Source: Vicinamibacteria bacterium
GTDB lineage: Bacteria; Acidobacteriota; Vicinamibacteria; Marinacidobacterales; Marinacidobacteraceae
Length of the DNA stretch: 64,000 nucleotides
Direction: 5' to 3'
NCBI GenBank assembly: GCA_963668695.2
Contig: CAXXLQ010000004.1
Location: 3,584,001-3,648,000 of the forward strand
In this document: positions 10,406 to 22,139 of the stretch, piece after piece
Layout: each line of letters opens with the position of its first letter
How positions within the stretch are numbered: position 1 is the stretch's first letter
Notes under the pieces: model-generated
The model's input: the letters and a program-made list of their open reading frames with translations, nothing else
What the model was told of the DNA's origin: nothing
Databases searched by the model: none
Program-made: the position numbers and the translations under genes

Positions 10406-11132
10406 TCAGAGGCTCCGCCCGGGAGTGATGACCTTATCGCGATAGTCCTCTCCCCGCATCTGGACGAACCGGCAGGCCTCTCGCAACAGAGAAACCCCGC
10501 GGACCGTGATCTGCTCGGCCAGACCTTTCTCGAGCCTCGCGGCCCGGACGGGGAACGCCGTGGTGCAGATCAGGAAACTGCCGGTGTGGAAACACCGGTT
10601 CAGGACGTAGAGGAGCCTCTCTTCCATCCGCGGGTTCCCCATGCCGCCGCCCAGTTGATCGAGCACCACGATCTCCGCGCGCGTCACCGGGGCGAGCCGG
10701 GCTTCCTCGGTAAGCGAAGGGTCCTTCCACGCGCCCTGCAACTCGCTCAGCAACTGCGGCAAATGCTCGAAACGCGCGCGGACGGCGATCTGCCGCTCGA
10801 AGAGGATGTGGTGGAGGGCGGATACCGCAAGGTGTGTCTTGCCGATCCCGGCCGGACCGCTGAGCAGCAGCCCCGCCTTGACGTCGGGATACGAATCGGC
10901 CCACTTGCGGACGATCTCCTTGGTGCGCTGCGGCGAACCGGAAATCTCGTCGAAAGTATCGAAGCGCATCGGTTCGGCGTAACGCGTAGGCACGCCGATG
11001 TCTTCGAGCCGCGGCGGCACCCACATCGCGTTCTTGCAGCCGCACGCCAACACCGCAAGGGACCCGTCCGTCCGGGAGGTCGGCTTCCACCCGGTGTCTC
11101 CGCATTCGGGGCAGGTCTGAACTGCTGGCAAC
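10406..11132 (-). CDS. DnaC/IstB-like AAA+ ATPase with N-terminal Zn-binding CxxC..CxC
   Basis: CPECGDTGW..ACGC, Walker A GPAGIGKTHLA, GEDYR C-terminal motif; start uncertain. Confidence 0.8.
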
Positions 11133-11204
11133 AAAGGTCCCTCAGGGCGCGGACGGGGACCGGGAACGACCGAACCCGGCAGGCCACGCCATTCGGCTCG
11201 TATC

Positions 11205-11687
11205 CTACGAACTTTGCGGACGGGACGGGGAGACGCCGGGAGCGGACCCGGCATCCGAGTTCGAACCGGGGGAGTTCGAACCGGGGGAGTTCGAACCGGG
11301 CGGCCGGGAACCGGCCGGAACCATGTCTCTGCGCGGCAGGCGCACCAAGGCGTTCTTGGCCCGTTCACTCAGCGCGTTGTCCTCCCGCGAGAGCTCCCGA
11401 TGAATGAACTCGGTGAACTGGGTGATCTCTTCCTGCATGCGCTGCATCTTCGTCCGCATGTTGAGAATGATGTCCACCCCGGCCAGATTCACTCCGAGTT
11501 CCCGCAGGTTGAGGATGGTCTGGAGCTGTTCCAGATCGTCATCGGTATAGACGCGGGTGTTCCCGTCTGTGCGCGACGGGCGGAGCAGGCCTTCGCGCTC
11601 ATAGAGGCGAAGGGTCTGCGGATGGATCTCGAACAGTTCGGCGACCGCGCTGATCATGTAGACGCCCTTGCGTCGCTCGGCGCTCAT
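11205..11687 (-). CDS. hspR: MerR-family heat-shock repressor HspR
   Basis: YMISAVAELFEIHPQTLRLYEREGLLRPSRTDGNTR..GVNLAGV; downstream of dnaK-dnaJ; C-terminal 15-bp tandem repeats (PGSNS). Confidence 0.9.
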   Translation of the reverse strand: MSAERRKGVYMISAVAELFEIHPQTLRLYEREGLLRPSRTDGNTRVYTDDDLEQLQTILNLRELGVNLAGVDIILNMRTKMQRMQEEITQFTEFIHRELSREDNALSERAKNALVRLPRRDMVPAGSRPPGSNSPGSNSPGSNSDAGSAPGVSPSRPQSS

Positions 11688-11699
11688 GGGGATTGCTGG

Positions 11700-11868
11700 G
11701 AGTCTGTCCCGGTAATGTCGTGAGCACCGAGACAGTCGAGGCACCCGGCTGACAAGGCGCGCGAGGGAGGAATAGCAGCGTTCTTTCGACCAAAGCGCAA
11801 CGAAGAGCGAAGCGGTTCAGCCGGGATGTATCGGCTGTCGAATGCCATGAGATTACCGGGACAGACTC
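11700..11868. mobile_element. MITE variant with perfect 17-bp TIRs
   Basis: GAGTCTGTCCCGGTAAT (11700-11716) / ATTACCGGGACAGACTC (11852-11868), flanked by CTGG and CTAG (dnaJ stop); same internal core as other MITEs. Confidence 0.8.
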
Positions 11869-12990
11869 CTAGAGGCGAAGCTTCTCACGGAGCGCCTCGC
11901 GAGGCGACTCCGGATAGCGCTGCTCCAGTTCCCGAACGAGGTCCCGGGACCGATCGTCGCGGATCTCGGGGATGTGAATCCGAACCTCGAGGAAGAGGTC
12001 GCCGCGGCCGTCACCGCGGATAGAAGGAACCCCGCGTCCGGCGAGGCGCAATCGGGTGCCGGGTTGGACTCCCGGTGGCAGCCGCACGGTCACGCTGCCG
12101 GAGAGCGTCGGCACCTCGATGCGTCCTCCGAGCGAGGCCTCCGCGAGGGTCAGCGGCAACGGGCAGATGAGATTGTCGCCGCGGCGTTCGAGAACCGGAT
12201 GGGCGGCTACCTCAACGTACAGCCGAAGATCTCCCGGTGGTTCGCCGGGCAGCCGCTCGTGCCCCTGTCCTTCCACAACCACGGTCGCTCCATCCGCCAC
12301 GCTGGCCGGAACCCGAGCGACGACCCGGACCGCACGGATCCGGCTCCCGCGTCCGGTGCAGGGTGCGCAGGCGGTATGAAACAACAGCCCCTGCCCGCCG
12401 CAGCGGCGGCACGGACGGGCGAACACCATGTGGCCGTAGCGTCGGAGCCGCCGGCCGGCACCGCGACAGGCGCTGCATTCGATCCCCTGAGGGGTGGCTT
12501 CCCCGACCGGACGCTCACCCCGGCCTCCGCACGCGCCGCACGTCTCGCGCCGACTGATCAGGAGCCGGATCTGCTTCCCCTCCAGCGATTCGACGAAGGA
12601 AATCCGGACCCGGGCATGGATGTCGGGATCGGCTTCGGCGGATCCGGACTCGGCCCGCTCGGAGCTGCCGAGAATCTCGTGGAGCGCCCACTCTTCCTTC
12701 GCGTGCTCCTCGCCGAAGTCGAACCCGGCGAAACCGTAGTGAACGCGCTGGACCCGTGCGGGGGTCGGCTCCGTGCCGCCGCGGCAGTCGTATTCGGCGC
12801 GGCGCTCGGTATCCCCCAGCACCTTGAAGGCCCGCTGGATCTGCCGGAAACGCTCCTCGACAACGCGGTCGTTGGGGTTCAGATCGGGGTGCAGGCGCCG
12901 GGCGAGCCGCCGGTACGCCTGGCGGATACGCACCAGATCGGCGTCGCGCCCAACCCCCAGTACCGCGTAGTAGTCGGCAGGCGGGGGCAT
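11869..12990 (-). CDS. dnaJ: Chaperone DnaJ
   Basis: DYYAVLGV, HPD motif, four CxxCxGxG repeats, GDLFLEV C-terminal domain. Confidence 0.9.
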   Translation of the reverse strand: MPPPADYYAVLGVGRDADLVRIRQAYRRLARRLHPDLNPNDRVVEERFRQIQRAFKVLGDTERRAEYDCRGGTEPTPARVQRVHYGFAGFDFGEEHAKEEWALHEILGSSERAESGSAEADPDIHARVRISFVESLEGKQIRLLISRRETCGACGGRGERPVGEATPQGIECSACRGAGRRLRRYGHMVFARPCRRCGGQGLLFHTACAPCTGRGSRIRAVRVVARVPASVADGATVVVEGQGHERLPGEPPGDLRLYVEVAAHPVLERRGDNLICPLPLTLAEASLGGRIEVPTLSGSVTVRLPPGVQPGTRLRLAGRGVPSIRGDGRGDLFLEVRIHIPEIRDDRSRDLVRELEQRYPESPREALREKLRL

Positions 12991-13007
12991 GGGCGCCGAG
13001 TTCTCAG

Positions 13008-13422
13008 CAGCCTGTGGACAGGGTGACGTGAGCGCCGAGGCCGGTGAGGCGCCCGGCTGACAAGGCGCGCGAGGGAGGAATACCCAGCGTATTTCGACCG
13101 AAGCGCAACGATGAGCGGCGCGAAGCGGCGCGGTGAACAACCTGTGGTGGAACCCGCGTGAGCGCCGAGGCCGGCGAGGCCCAGTTCTCCCGGTGGGGCC
13201 AGTTCTCCCGGTGGGGGCCCGGCTGACAAGGCGCGTGAGGGAGGAATACCGGGTGTATTTCGACCGAAACGCAACGATGAGCGGCGCGCAGCGACGCGGT
13301 CAGCCGGGATGGATCGCCGGCTGAACGCCGCGCGGGTTTCATCACCGGGTGTTCGGCCGGGATGGATCGCCGGTCGAGCCCCCACCGGGAGAACTGGGCC
13401 GCGTTACCTTGTCCACCGGCTG
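13008..13422. repeat. Tandem MITE copies between dnaK and dnaJ
   Basis: CAGCCTGTGG start, CCGGCTG-CTAG end; includes an empty copy and one with a tandem pair of the 18-bp module. Confidence 0.8.
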
Positions 13423-13434
13423 CTAGGTTGGCGA

Positions 13435-15365
<1,931 letters not shown>

Positions 15366-15425
15366 TCAGAACTCCTGAAAAGAAGGGGACCTGGGACCGG
15401 AACGCCAAGTCCTTAGTTAGCCCGG

Positions 15426-15455
15426 ACTATAAGATGTGAGTGATTTCTTGTCAAG
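15426..15455 (-). promoter_or_regulatory. sigma70 promoter of dnaK with overlapping degenerate HAIR operator
   Basis: TTGACA-17nt-TATAGT; CTTGACA-N7-ACTCACA resembles HAIR CTTGAGT-N7-ACTCAAG. Confidence 0.75.
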
Positions 15456-15602
15456 GCAAAACGCACCCTGGCAGGACTTCAATCCAGCCCCTCGGCCCGC
15501 ATCCCCCGCCAGCAGGCGGGCCGCCACGTCTATCCACCCGGATGGCGCGCGCAACCGCCCCTCCATCCGGCAGTTCCGCCGCCCTCCGGGCGACGGCAAG
15601 CT

Positions 15603-16493
15603 CTACTGCAGCAGTTCGCGGATGGCCGGTTCGAGTGTCTCCCGCGGCTGGAAGTTCACGAAATGACGCGCGATGGTTCCATCGCGGCCCACGAGGAACA
15701 GGGTCGGAAAGATGTTCACGTTTCCGAGGGCGGCGCGGTTCTCCGCCGTCAGATGGAGGTTCTCGAACGTGACGCCACCCTTCTCCTGGTGCGCCGCCCG
15801 ATCGTCATCGCTGTAGGGCAGCTTGAGCACCCGGTCGGAATTCAGCCCGACGATGGTGAGTCCCTCGTCCGCAAGATCCTGATGAAGCGCCTGGAGCACC
15901 GGGGCGATCTGGACACAGGGAGGACAGTTGGTGAACCACACGTACACGAGCGTCGCGTCGTTCATCAGGTCGCCAATCGCAGCCTCCCCGCCGCCGAACC
16001 TTTCCCCGGCAACCTCCGGAAGGGTGCGGCCTTCCCAGCCCGTGAGGCTCCGGCTCACTGCACGCGCGAACCTTTCGTCGGCCCGGATCAGGTCCTCGTC
16101 GATGGACGCGAGGTTGCCGTCCGCGCCGCGGACCAGGAACTTCGGAACCCGTGGGTCGGACTCCATGATCCGGAGCACGATGTCGGCCGCCTCCTCGCCG
16201 TAGAGTGAGAACTGGCCGGAGATCTCGGTCAGGGTCGGCAGCCGCCCTTCGCGCCCTTCGAACTCCAGAATAAAGAGCGGGGTCCGGAAGAAGATGTCGT
16301 TCAGCCGGCCGAGCGCCCGCTGTTCGTCGGGCGCCTGGAAGCGCTCGACGAGCGCCGAAAGGAGGAGACGCTCCCCAGGCTGCATCGTGTCGCGCACGTG
16401 TTCGAGGATGCGGCGCTCCGCATCGCTGCCCTGCGCGATGGCGACAGCCGGAACTGCGAGGGCGAGGGTCAGGAAAAGGGCGAGATTCGGCAT
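15603..16493 (-). CDS. TlpA-like thiol-disulfide oxidoreductase with N-terminal extension
   Basis: Signal peptide, WFTNCPPC, FPTLFLVGRDG. Confidence 0.85.
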   Translation of the reverse strand: MPNLALFLTLALAVPAVAIAQGSDAERRILEHVRDTMQPGERLLLSALVERFQAPDEQRALGRLNDIFFRTPLFILEFEGREGRLPTLTEISGQFSLYGEEAADIVLRIMESDPRVPKFLVRGADGNLASIDEDLIRADERFARAVSRSLTGWEGRTLPEVAGERFGGGEAAIGDLMNDATLVYVWFTNCPPCVQIAPVLQALHQDLADEGLTIVGLNSDRVLKLPYSDDDRAAHQEKGGVTFENLHLTAENRAALGNVNIFPTLFLVGRDGTIARHFVNFQPRETLEPAIRELLQ

Positions 16494-16538
16494 CGGCGCA
16501 TTCTAGTTTTGCCGGCCGGACGTTGTTGTCGGGGTTAG

Positions 16539-16771
16539 CAGCCTGTGGTGAAACCCAGGCGGCGTTCGAGCGGCGATCCATCCCGCCTGAACCGCCCCCC
16601 CACCGGGAGAACTGGCGCTTTGCGGCGCTCGGCGTTGCGTTTCGGTCGAAATACACTCGGGCCAGTTCTCCCGGTGGGGGCTCCTCCCTCACGCGCCTTG
16701 TCAGCCGGACCCCCACCGGGAGAACTGGGCCTCGCCGCTCTCGGCGCTCACCCGAGTTCCACCACAGGTTG
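16539..16771. repeat. MITE copy with three 18-20 bp modules
   Basis: TTAG-CAGCCTGTGG ... CCACAGGTTG-CTAG. Confidence 0.8.
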
Positions 16772-16785
16772 CTAGACTCGAAAGG

Positions 16786-18294
16786 GTGTTCGGAGCATCG
16801 AGACATCCCGCCGCGAAGACCCGACCGCACGCCCACGGATGGGCCGCCATGTTGTTGGCCGGTTTGTGGTCCGCCGCCGGTTGCGCCTCCCGGCCCGTGC
16901 CCGAGATCCCCGTGGTTCCCCTGGATGGCTGGGCGTACGTGGAGGGCCGGGCGCCCGTTCCCGGACCCGGGCTCTCCGAAGCGGCGGCGCGCGAACTGGG
17001 GGAGAGTTGGGCCCTCATCGTGGCGGGAAGGCTTGGCGAGGCCGATCTGCAACTCACGCCGCTCCGGGCCATGGCTCCACAGGACCCAGGCGTTCTTTCG
17101 GCCACCGGATTTCTTGCCCTCCGAAGCGGGAACACCTCGGGAGCGGGCGAACTCTTTCAGCAGGCGCTCGCGGCCTCGCCCGAGGACGGCCTCGCCGTAC
17201 TCGGGCGCGTCCTCCTGGTTCTCGACACAGAGGATCCGGAACTGCTCTTCATCCGACTGCAGCGGCTGTCGGAACTGGACCCCGACGCCTCCGTGGTCTC
17301 GGAGCGACTGCCGGGACTGGCCCTGGAAGTAGCGGAAAATCGTCTCGCACGCGCCCGCGAACTTGCGCGTTCTGACGCGCAGAGTCCGCCGGTCGTCGAG
17401 GCCTACCGGGCCGCGCTGGAGGCGATGCCGGACTCCGCCGACCTGTTCCTGGAAGCCGCGGAGGCCGCCGCCGCTGCCGGAGACGGTCGAAGCGCGCGCG
17501 AGTGGTTCGAGGCCGTCACCGCAAATCCCTCAGCGAGCAAGCGTCAGGCACTGGTCGCGGGGCTAACCGCCGCCGAGCTGCTGGCTGACGAGCGGCGGTT
17601 CACCGAGAGCCTGACCCGTCTCGACCAGATCCTCAAGGATCCCGCCGCGCGCGGTTTCACCGATCTGCTGGACCGCGCCGCAGATCTGGAGCGTCGCCTC
17701 GAGGTGGCGAGGCTTTCGGAGCGCTACGCGAGGATTCGCGAAGCGGAACGGGTCACCCGCGAACAGCTCGCCGCGCTGCTGGCGGCCGAGATCGGTGAAC
17801 CCGAAGGCGACGACTCCCGCTCCGCGGACCCGGTCATCGCGATCGATCTCGAGCGGAGCTGGGCCACCAGCCTGATCCAGACGGCGGTCGGCGCCGGCTA
17901 CCTCCGCCTCTACCCCGACCACACGTTCAAGCCCCGTGGCCTCGTGACGCGCGCCGAACTCGCGGAGTCGCTGGCGGCCGCGTTCGGAAGGTTCGACCCG
18001 GAGGCCCGACGCCTGGCGCTGGATGATTCTTCCCGGCTGGAACTGAACGACGTGTCCGCCGGCCACCGCTATCGTGAGGCCGCAGCCATCGCTGCAAAGC
18101 TCGGGCTGCTGAGGGTTTCGGACGAGGGGATGTTCCGGCCGAGCGCTTTCGCCACCGGAGCGGAAGCCGTGAGCGCCGTCCACACGCTCCGGGATCTGCT
18201 CGGAACTGAGGTCGGCGTCAACTCCGGCCGGCGACGTATTCCCGGCCAGCCCGCATCAGCCGAACGAAGGCCTCTTCGTCGTCGTCGTGGATGA
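16786..18294 (+). CDS. TPR- and SLH-domain protein (possible lipoprotein)
   Basis: SAAGC lipobox-like; helical repeats; SLH motifs YPDHTFKPRGLVTRAELA and GMFRPSAFATGAEA; start uncertain. Confidence 0.7.
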   Translation: MFGASRHPAAKTRPHAHGWAAMLLAGLWSAAGCASRPVPEIPVVPLDGWAYVEGRAPVPGPGLSEAAARELGESWALIVAGRLGEADLQLTPLRAMAPQDPGVLSATGFLALRSGNTSGAGELFQQALAASPEDGLAVLGRVLLVLDTEDPELLFIRLQRLSELDPDASVVSERLPGLALEVAENRLARARELARSDAQSPPVVEAYRAALEAMPDSADLFLEAAEAAAAAGDGRSAREWFEAVTANPSASKRQALVAGLTAAELLADERRFTESLTRLDQILKDPAARGFTDLLDRAADLERRLEVARLSERYARIREAERVTREQLAALLAAEIGEPEGDDSRSADPVIAIDLERSWATSLIQTAVGAGYLRLYPDHTFKPRGLVTRAELAESLAAAFGRFDPEARRLALDDSSRLELNDVSAGHRYREAAAIAAKLGLLRVSDEGMFRPSAFATGAEAVSAVHTLRDLLGTEVGVNSGRRRIPGQPASAERRPLRRRRG

Positions 18295-19306
18295 CCGCGG
18301 CGAGACGCGAAACGGCGCCCGCGAGATTATGGATCGCTGCCGGTCCGTGCGGGTTCCGCTGCTGGATCTCGTAGTAAAGGTGGGGATTTTCCCGGGCTAC
18401 CGCCGCCGCCACCTTTAGCTGGCGATCGAACGTCACACTCGACAAGCGGGCGAGACGGGGCGCCTGCTCCCCGCTGTCCTGAAGCGCGGTCAGAAAAGCC
18501 AGATTCAGCACGTGGGAGAGCCCGAGGACGTAGGCGATCAGCGGGTCGTGGTCGGCCAGCGGCATTCGCAGAATCTCGGCCATCGTGCCGGCGAACACGC
18601 CGGCCGCTTCTTCGGCGGCTTCGGCGTGGCCGACGTCCATGACCAGGACGTGACAGCCGTGCAGTACGTGGGCGTCGGGCCCGAACATGGGGTGCACCGA
18701 AGCGATCCGGCAGCCGTTTTCCGCCGCCGCCGAGAGCGCCCGCGCCATGGGCGACTTGACGGACGCGATGTCGAAGATGAGGCCCTTCCTCTTTTTCGCG
18801 CCGATTCCCTCAAGCACCTCGACGCTGCTCTGGAGCGGCGCCGCAACCACGGTCAGGGCGAAGTCATCCGGAGTGTCCCGCCAATCGGCAGCGGTGGGAA
18901 CGCCGGGCGGTCCTCCCACCGGATCGGCCACCCGCACGTCGTATCCCTGGGCAGCGAGCAAGCGGCAGAACCACCGGCCCATGCGGCCGCCGCCGCCGAT
19001 GACGAGCGCCGGACGGCCGGCCCCCCGTCCCTGCGCCCGGACGCGGATGTCTTCCTGCCGGGCGAGCGAGGAACGCATGAGAAGCGCGACCAGCTCCGCC
19101 GCCAGGTCTCCCGGAATACCCCTTTCGGCCGCGTGAGATCGCGCGCGCTCCAGGACCCGCTCTTCCTGCGCGGCGTCGTGGATCGGCCGGCCGGCGGCCT
19201 CCTTGAACCGGCCAATCGCCATGGTGAGGGCGTCCCGCCGCGCCCAGGCGTCCAGGATTTCCTGATCCACCGCTTCGAGTGCGGCCCTCAGAGCCTCAAG
19301 ATCCAT
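18218..19306 (-). CDS. tyrA: Bifunctional chorismate mutase/prephenate dehydrogenase
   Basis: N-terminal AroQ domain (LEALRAALEAVDQEIL), GGGGRMG, DIASVK, HPMFGP. Confidence 0.88.
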   Translation of the reverse strand: MDLEALRAALEAVDQEILDAWARRDALTMAIGRFKEAAGRPIHDAAQEERVLERARSHAAERGIPGDLAAELVALLMRSSLARQEDIRVRAQGRGAGRPALVIGGGGRMGRWFCRLLAAQGYDVRVADPVGGPPGVPTAADWRDTPDDFALTVVAAPLQSSVEVLEGIGAKKRKGLIFDIASVKSPMARALSAAAENGCRIASVHPMFGPDAHVLHGCHVLVMDVGHAEAAEEAAGVFAGTMAEILRMPLADHDPLIAYVLGLSHVLNLAFLTALQDSGEQAPRLARLSSVTFDRQLKVAAAVARENPHLYYEIQQRNPHGPAAIHNLAGAVSRLAAVIHDDDEEAFVRLMRAGREYVAGRS

Positions 19307-19519
19307 GGGTTGAATGTTAGGGCTCCTGGACCGGCGGACTACGGCAGAAGGAGCGGCAACACCCAGCGAAGAGGAGTTGCCGCTCCGGCTGCTCCGGCAG
19401 TGCCCGTCGCCGGTGCGCTGCCGCGGCAGGGGGAGCGGGGCTGGGACTCGGAGCGAGTGCAGCGCCGTCCCCGCGCTTGCTCGCGGTTGGCGATGGGAGT
19501 TTCGCTGCCATCCGGGCAG

Positions 19520-19868
19520 CGATGCCGGTCTGAAGACCGGCGCTCCATGCGCTCCTGGGTTGTTTGCGTTGGCCCGGGAGGGTGTTTCGCCGTCCCCGCC
19601 CAGGTCCACGCAATGAGCGTGGACGAGAGCGTGAGCTTCGCGGCCTCGGCCGCGATGCCGGTCTGAAGACCGGCGCTCCTGGAGTTTCGCTGCCCTACGG
19701 CCGCGATGCCGGTCTGAAGACCGGCGTTCCATGCGCTCCTGGGTTGTTTGCGTTGGCCCGGGAGGGTGTTTCGCCGTCCCCGCCCAGGTCCACGCAATAA
19801 GCGTGGACGAGAGCGTGAGCTACGCGGCCTACGGCCGCGATGCCGGTCTGAAGACCGGCGCTCCTGGA
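19520..19868. repeat. GGAG-REP-like palindromes in a ~184-bp tandem duplication
   Basis: GCCGGTCTGAAGACCGGCGCTCC four times; unit repeated at 19521 and 19705; also near 34355, 52033, 52227, 57965. Confidence 0.8.
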
Positions 19869-19912
19869 GTTGGCGGCCCGACTAAGATGCCCCCGCCCTC
19901 CGTGGTGGCCCC

Positions 19913-21409
19913 TTGTACCTCCCTTCCCGTTCCGACTTCCGCGCGCTCGCGAAACGCGCGAACCTGATTCCGGTCCGGCGGGAAATCCTCGCCGACTGCG
20001 ACACCCCGGTGTCCACCTTCCTCCGGATAGGGAACCGCGGCCCGGCGTTCCTGATGGAATCGGTCGAAGGCGGCGAGAGCGTCGCCCGATATTCGTTTCT
20101 GGGATCGAGGCCACGAGTCATTGTCGAGAGCCGGGGAAACCAGGTCAAGCGCCGCTATCTGCGCGACGGCCGGACCGAAACCACCGAGAGCGCGGATCCC
20201 CTGTCGGCGCTCCGGGACATGCTTCAGGACGTGGTCCCCGCGAACATCGAGGGTCTGCCCCCCTTCCACGGCGGTTTCGTCGGCTATCTGGCCTACGACG
20301 CGGTACGGCGCTTCGAGCGTCTCCCGGAAAGCGTCGAGGACTCGCTGGGTCTTCCCGATGCGATGTTCCTGTTGGCCGACAACGTGTTGGTCTTCGATCG
20401 CGCCCGCAACGTGATCCAGGTGGTGGTGAACGCCAGCGTTCCCGACGAGAGCCTTGCCGACCAAGCCTACGACGCCGCCGAGGCACAGATCGAGGCAACC
20501 GTCAGGGAAATCCGCGCGCCGCTCCCCTATCGACTGGGCCTGCCGGGGGGCGGTGCGGGAGGCCGGCCGTTCCCCGAGCCGGTGTCCAATACCAGCCGGG
20601 AGCGGTATCTCGAGATGGTGCGCCAGGCCAAGGACTACGTGGCCGCCGGGGACATCATCCAGGTCGTCCCTTCCCAACGCTTCGAGACGCCGCTCACCGT
20701 CCACCCCTTCGACTTCTACCGGGCGCTCCGGGTGGTGAACCCGTCGCCCTACATGTACTACCTCGACTTTGACGGGCTGGTGATCGCCGGAGCATCCCCG
20801 GAAATGATGACCCGTACCGAGGGCGGCTCGATCGAGACCCGCCCGATCGCCGGCACCCGGCCTCGCGGGCGCACTCCCGAAGAAGATACCGCCCTTGCCG
20901 CTGAACTCCTCGCCGACGAGAAGGAACGCGCGGAGCACGTGATGCTCGTGGATCTGGCCCGAAACGATATCGGCCGGGTCGCCAGCTACGGCCGGGTCCA
21001 GGTCGAGGACTTCATGAGCATCGAGCGGTACTCGCATGTGATGCACATCGTGTCCCGGGTGCGGGGAGAACTCCGCCCCGACACGGACGCGTTCGATGCC
21101 CTCCGCGCGACCTTCCCCGCCGGAACGCTGTCCGGCGCCCCCAAGATCCGCGCCATGGAGATCATCGATGAACTGGAAACCGAGCGCCGGGGGGTCTACG
21201 GCGGCGCGGTCGGCTACTTCTCCTACAGCGGCGCCTCCGACACTGCCATCGCGATCCGGACGCTCGTGGCCAAGGACGGCGTCGGCTATTTCCAGGCTGG
21301 GGGCGGCGTAGTAGCGGAGTCCGATCCGGCCTCCGAATACGACGAAAGCTGCCGGAAAGCGGATGCGGTGCTCGCCGCCCTCCGCATGGCCCACCAGGGC
21401 CTCGACTGA
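19913..21409 (+). CDS. trpE: Anthranilate synthase component I
   Basis: DCDTPVS, LMESVEGG, NPSPYMYY, PIAGTRPRG, EHVMLVDLARND, PAGTLSGAPK. Confidence 0.93.
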   Translation: MYLPSRSDFRALAKRANLIPVRREILADCDTPVSTFLRIGNRGPAFLMESVEGGESVARYSFLGSRPRVIVESRGNQVKRRYLRDGRTETTESADPLSALRDMLQDVVPANIEGLPPFHGGFVGYLAYDAVRRFERLPESVEDSLGLPDAMFLLADNVLVFDRARNVIQVVVNASVPDESLADQAYDAAEAQIEATVREIRAPLPYRLGLPGGGAGGRPFPEPVSNTSRERYLEMVRQAKDYVAAGDIIQVVPSQRFETPLTVHPFDFYRALRVVNPSPYMYYLDFDGLVIAGASPEMMTRTEGGSIETRPIAGTRPRGRTPEEDTALAAELLADEKERAEHVMLVDLARNDIGRVASYGRVQVEDFMSIERYSHVMHIVSRVRGELRPDTDAFDALRATFPAGTLSGAPKIRAMEIIDELETERRGVYGGAVGYFSYSGASDTAIAIRTLVAKDGVGYFQAGGGVVAESDPASEYDESCRKADAVLAALRMAHQGLD

Positions 21410-21411
21410 CG

Positions 21412-22139
21412 ACACCCGAGGGCAAAGCACCCCGCACTTCACCCAGGATGACACGCACGCCGAATCTGCCGTTTGTTTCGCGTGCGGGGCGCTTTCCCCC
21501 CGGGCAAGCAGCCTGTAGACAGAGTCTCGTGGCGTTCGAGCGGCGATGCATCCCGGCTGAACGGCCCCGCTTCGCGCGGCTCATCGTTGCGCTTCGGTCG
21601 AAATACACCAGGTATTCCTCCGTCGCGCGCCTTGTCAGCCGGGCGCCTCGCCCCCACCGGGAGGACTGGCCGCTCTCGGCGCTCACGCCACTCTGTCCAC
21701 AGGCTACTGGTGGTGCGAATCGCTGCGCGATTCGCACCACCGTTTCCGGCGGGGAGGGGAAACCCCTCCCCGCACCCCTCCCCCGCGGCGCTTCGCGCCG
21801 CGAACGGGAGCAGGCAGACGCCCGCCACAACCGGTAGGCGGCCGGAGGATCCGCAGTGACCCTCGTCCTCGACAACTACGACTCCTTCACCTTCGGTCAG
21901 CCCGCGGGGAAAGCACCCCGCACCGTGCCCAGGGCCTCATCCGCACCGGCGCTGACCGTCTGTTCCGCGTGCGGGGCGCATTCCCCTCGGGGTGATGGTG
22001 CGCAGCGCTCCGCGCCGCGCACATCGTTTCCTGCGGGGAGGGGATACCCCTCCCCACACCCCTCCCCCGCGGCGCTTCGCGCCGCGAACGGCCGCGGGGA
22101 GACTCTTGCCACCGCCGGTGAGCGACGGGACGATCCGCA
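21412..22139. repeat. Tandem hairpin repeats (AAAGCACCCCGCAC..GGGGAGGGGAAACCCCTCCCC) with nested MITE 21509-21706
   Basis: Two related units at about 21412-21855 and 21897-22139; a third copy at 41937-42157. Confidence 0.75.
21856..21894 (+). pseudogene. Duplicated 5' fragment of trpG (13 codons)
   Basis: MTLVLDNYDSFTF identical to the start of 22140-22703, then runs into repeat. Confidence 0.8.

Noticed and set aside
11255-11320. 15-bp tandem repeats at the hspR 3' end
   Set aside because: In-frame low-complexity tail (PGSNS); ordinary slippage repeat.
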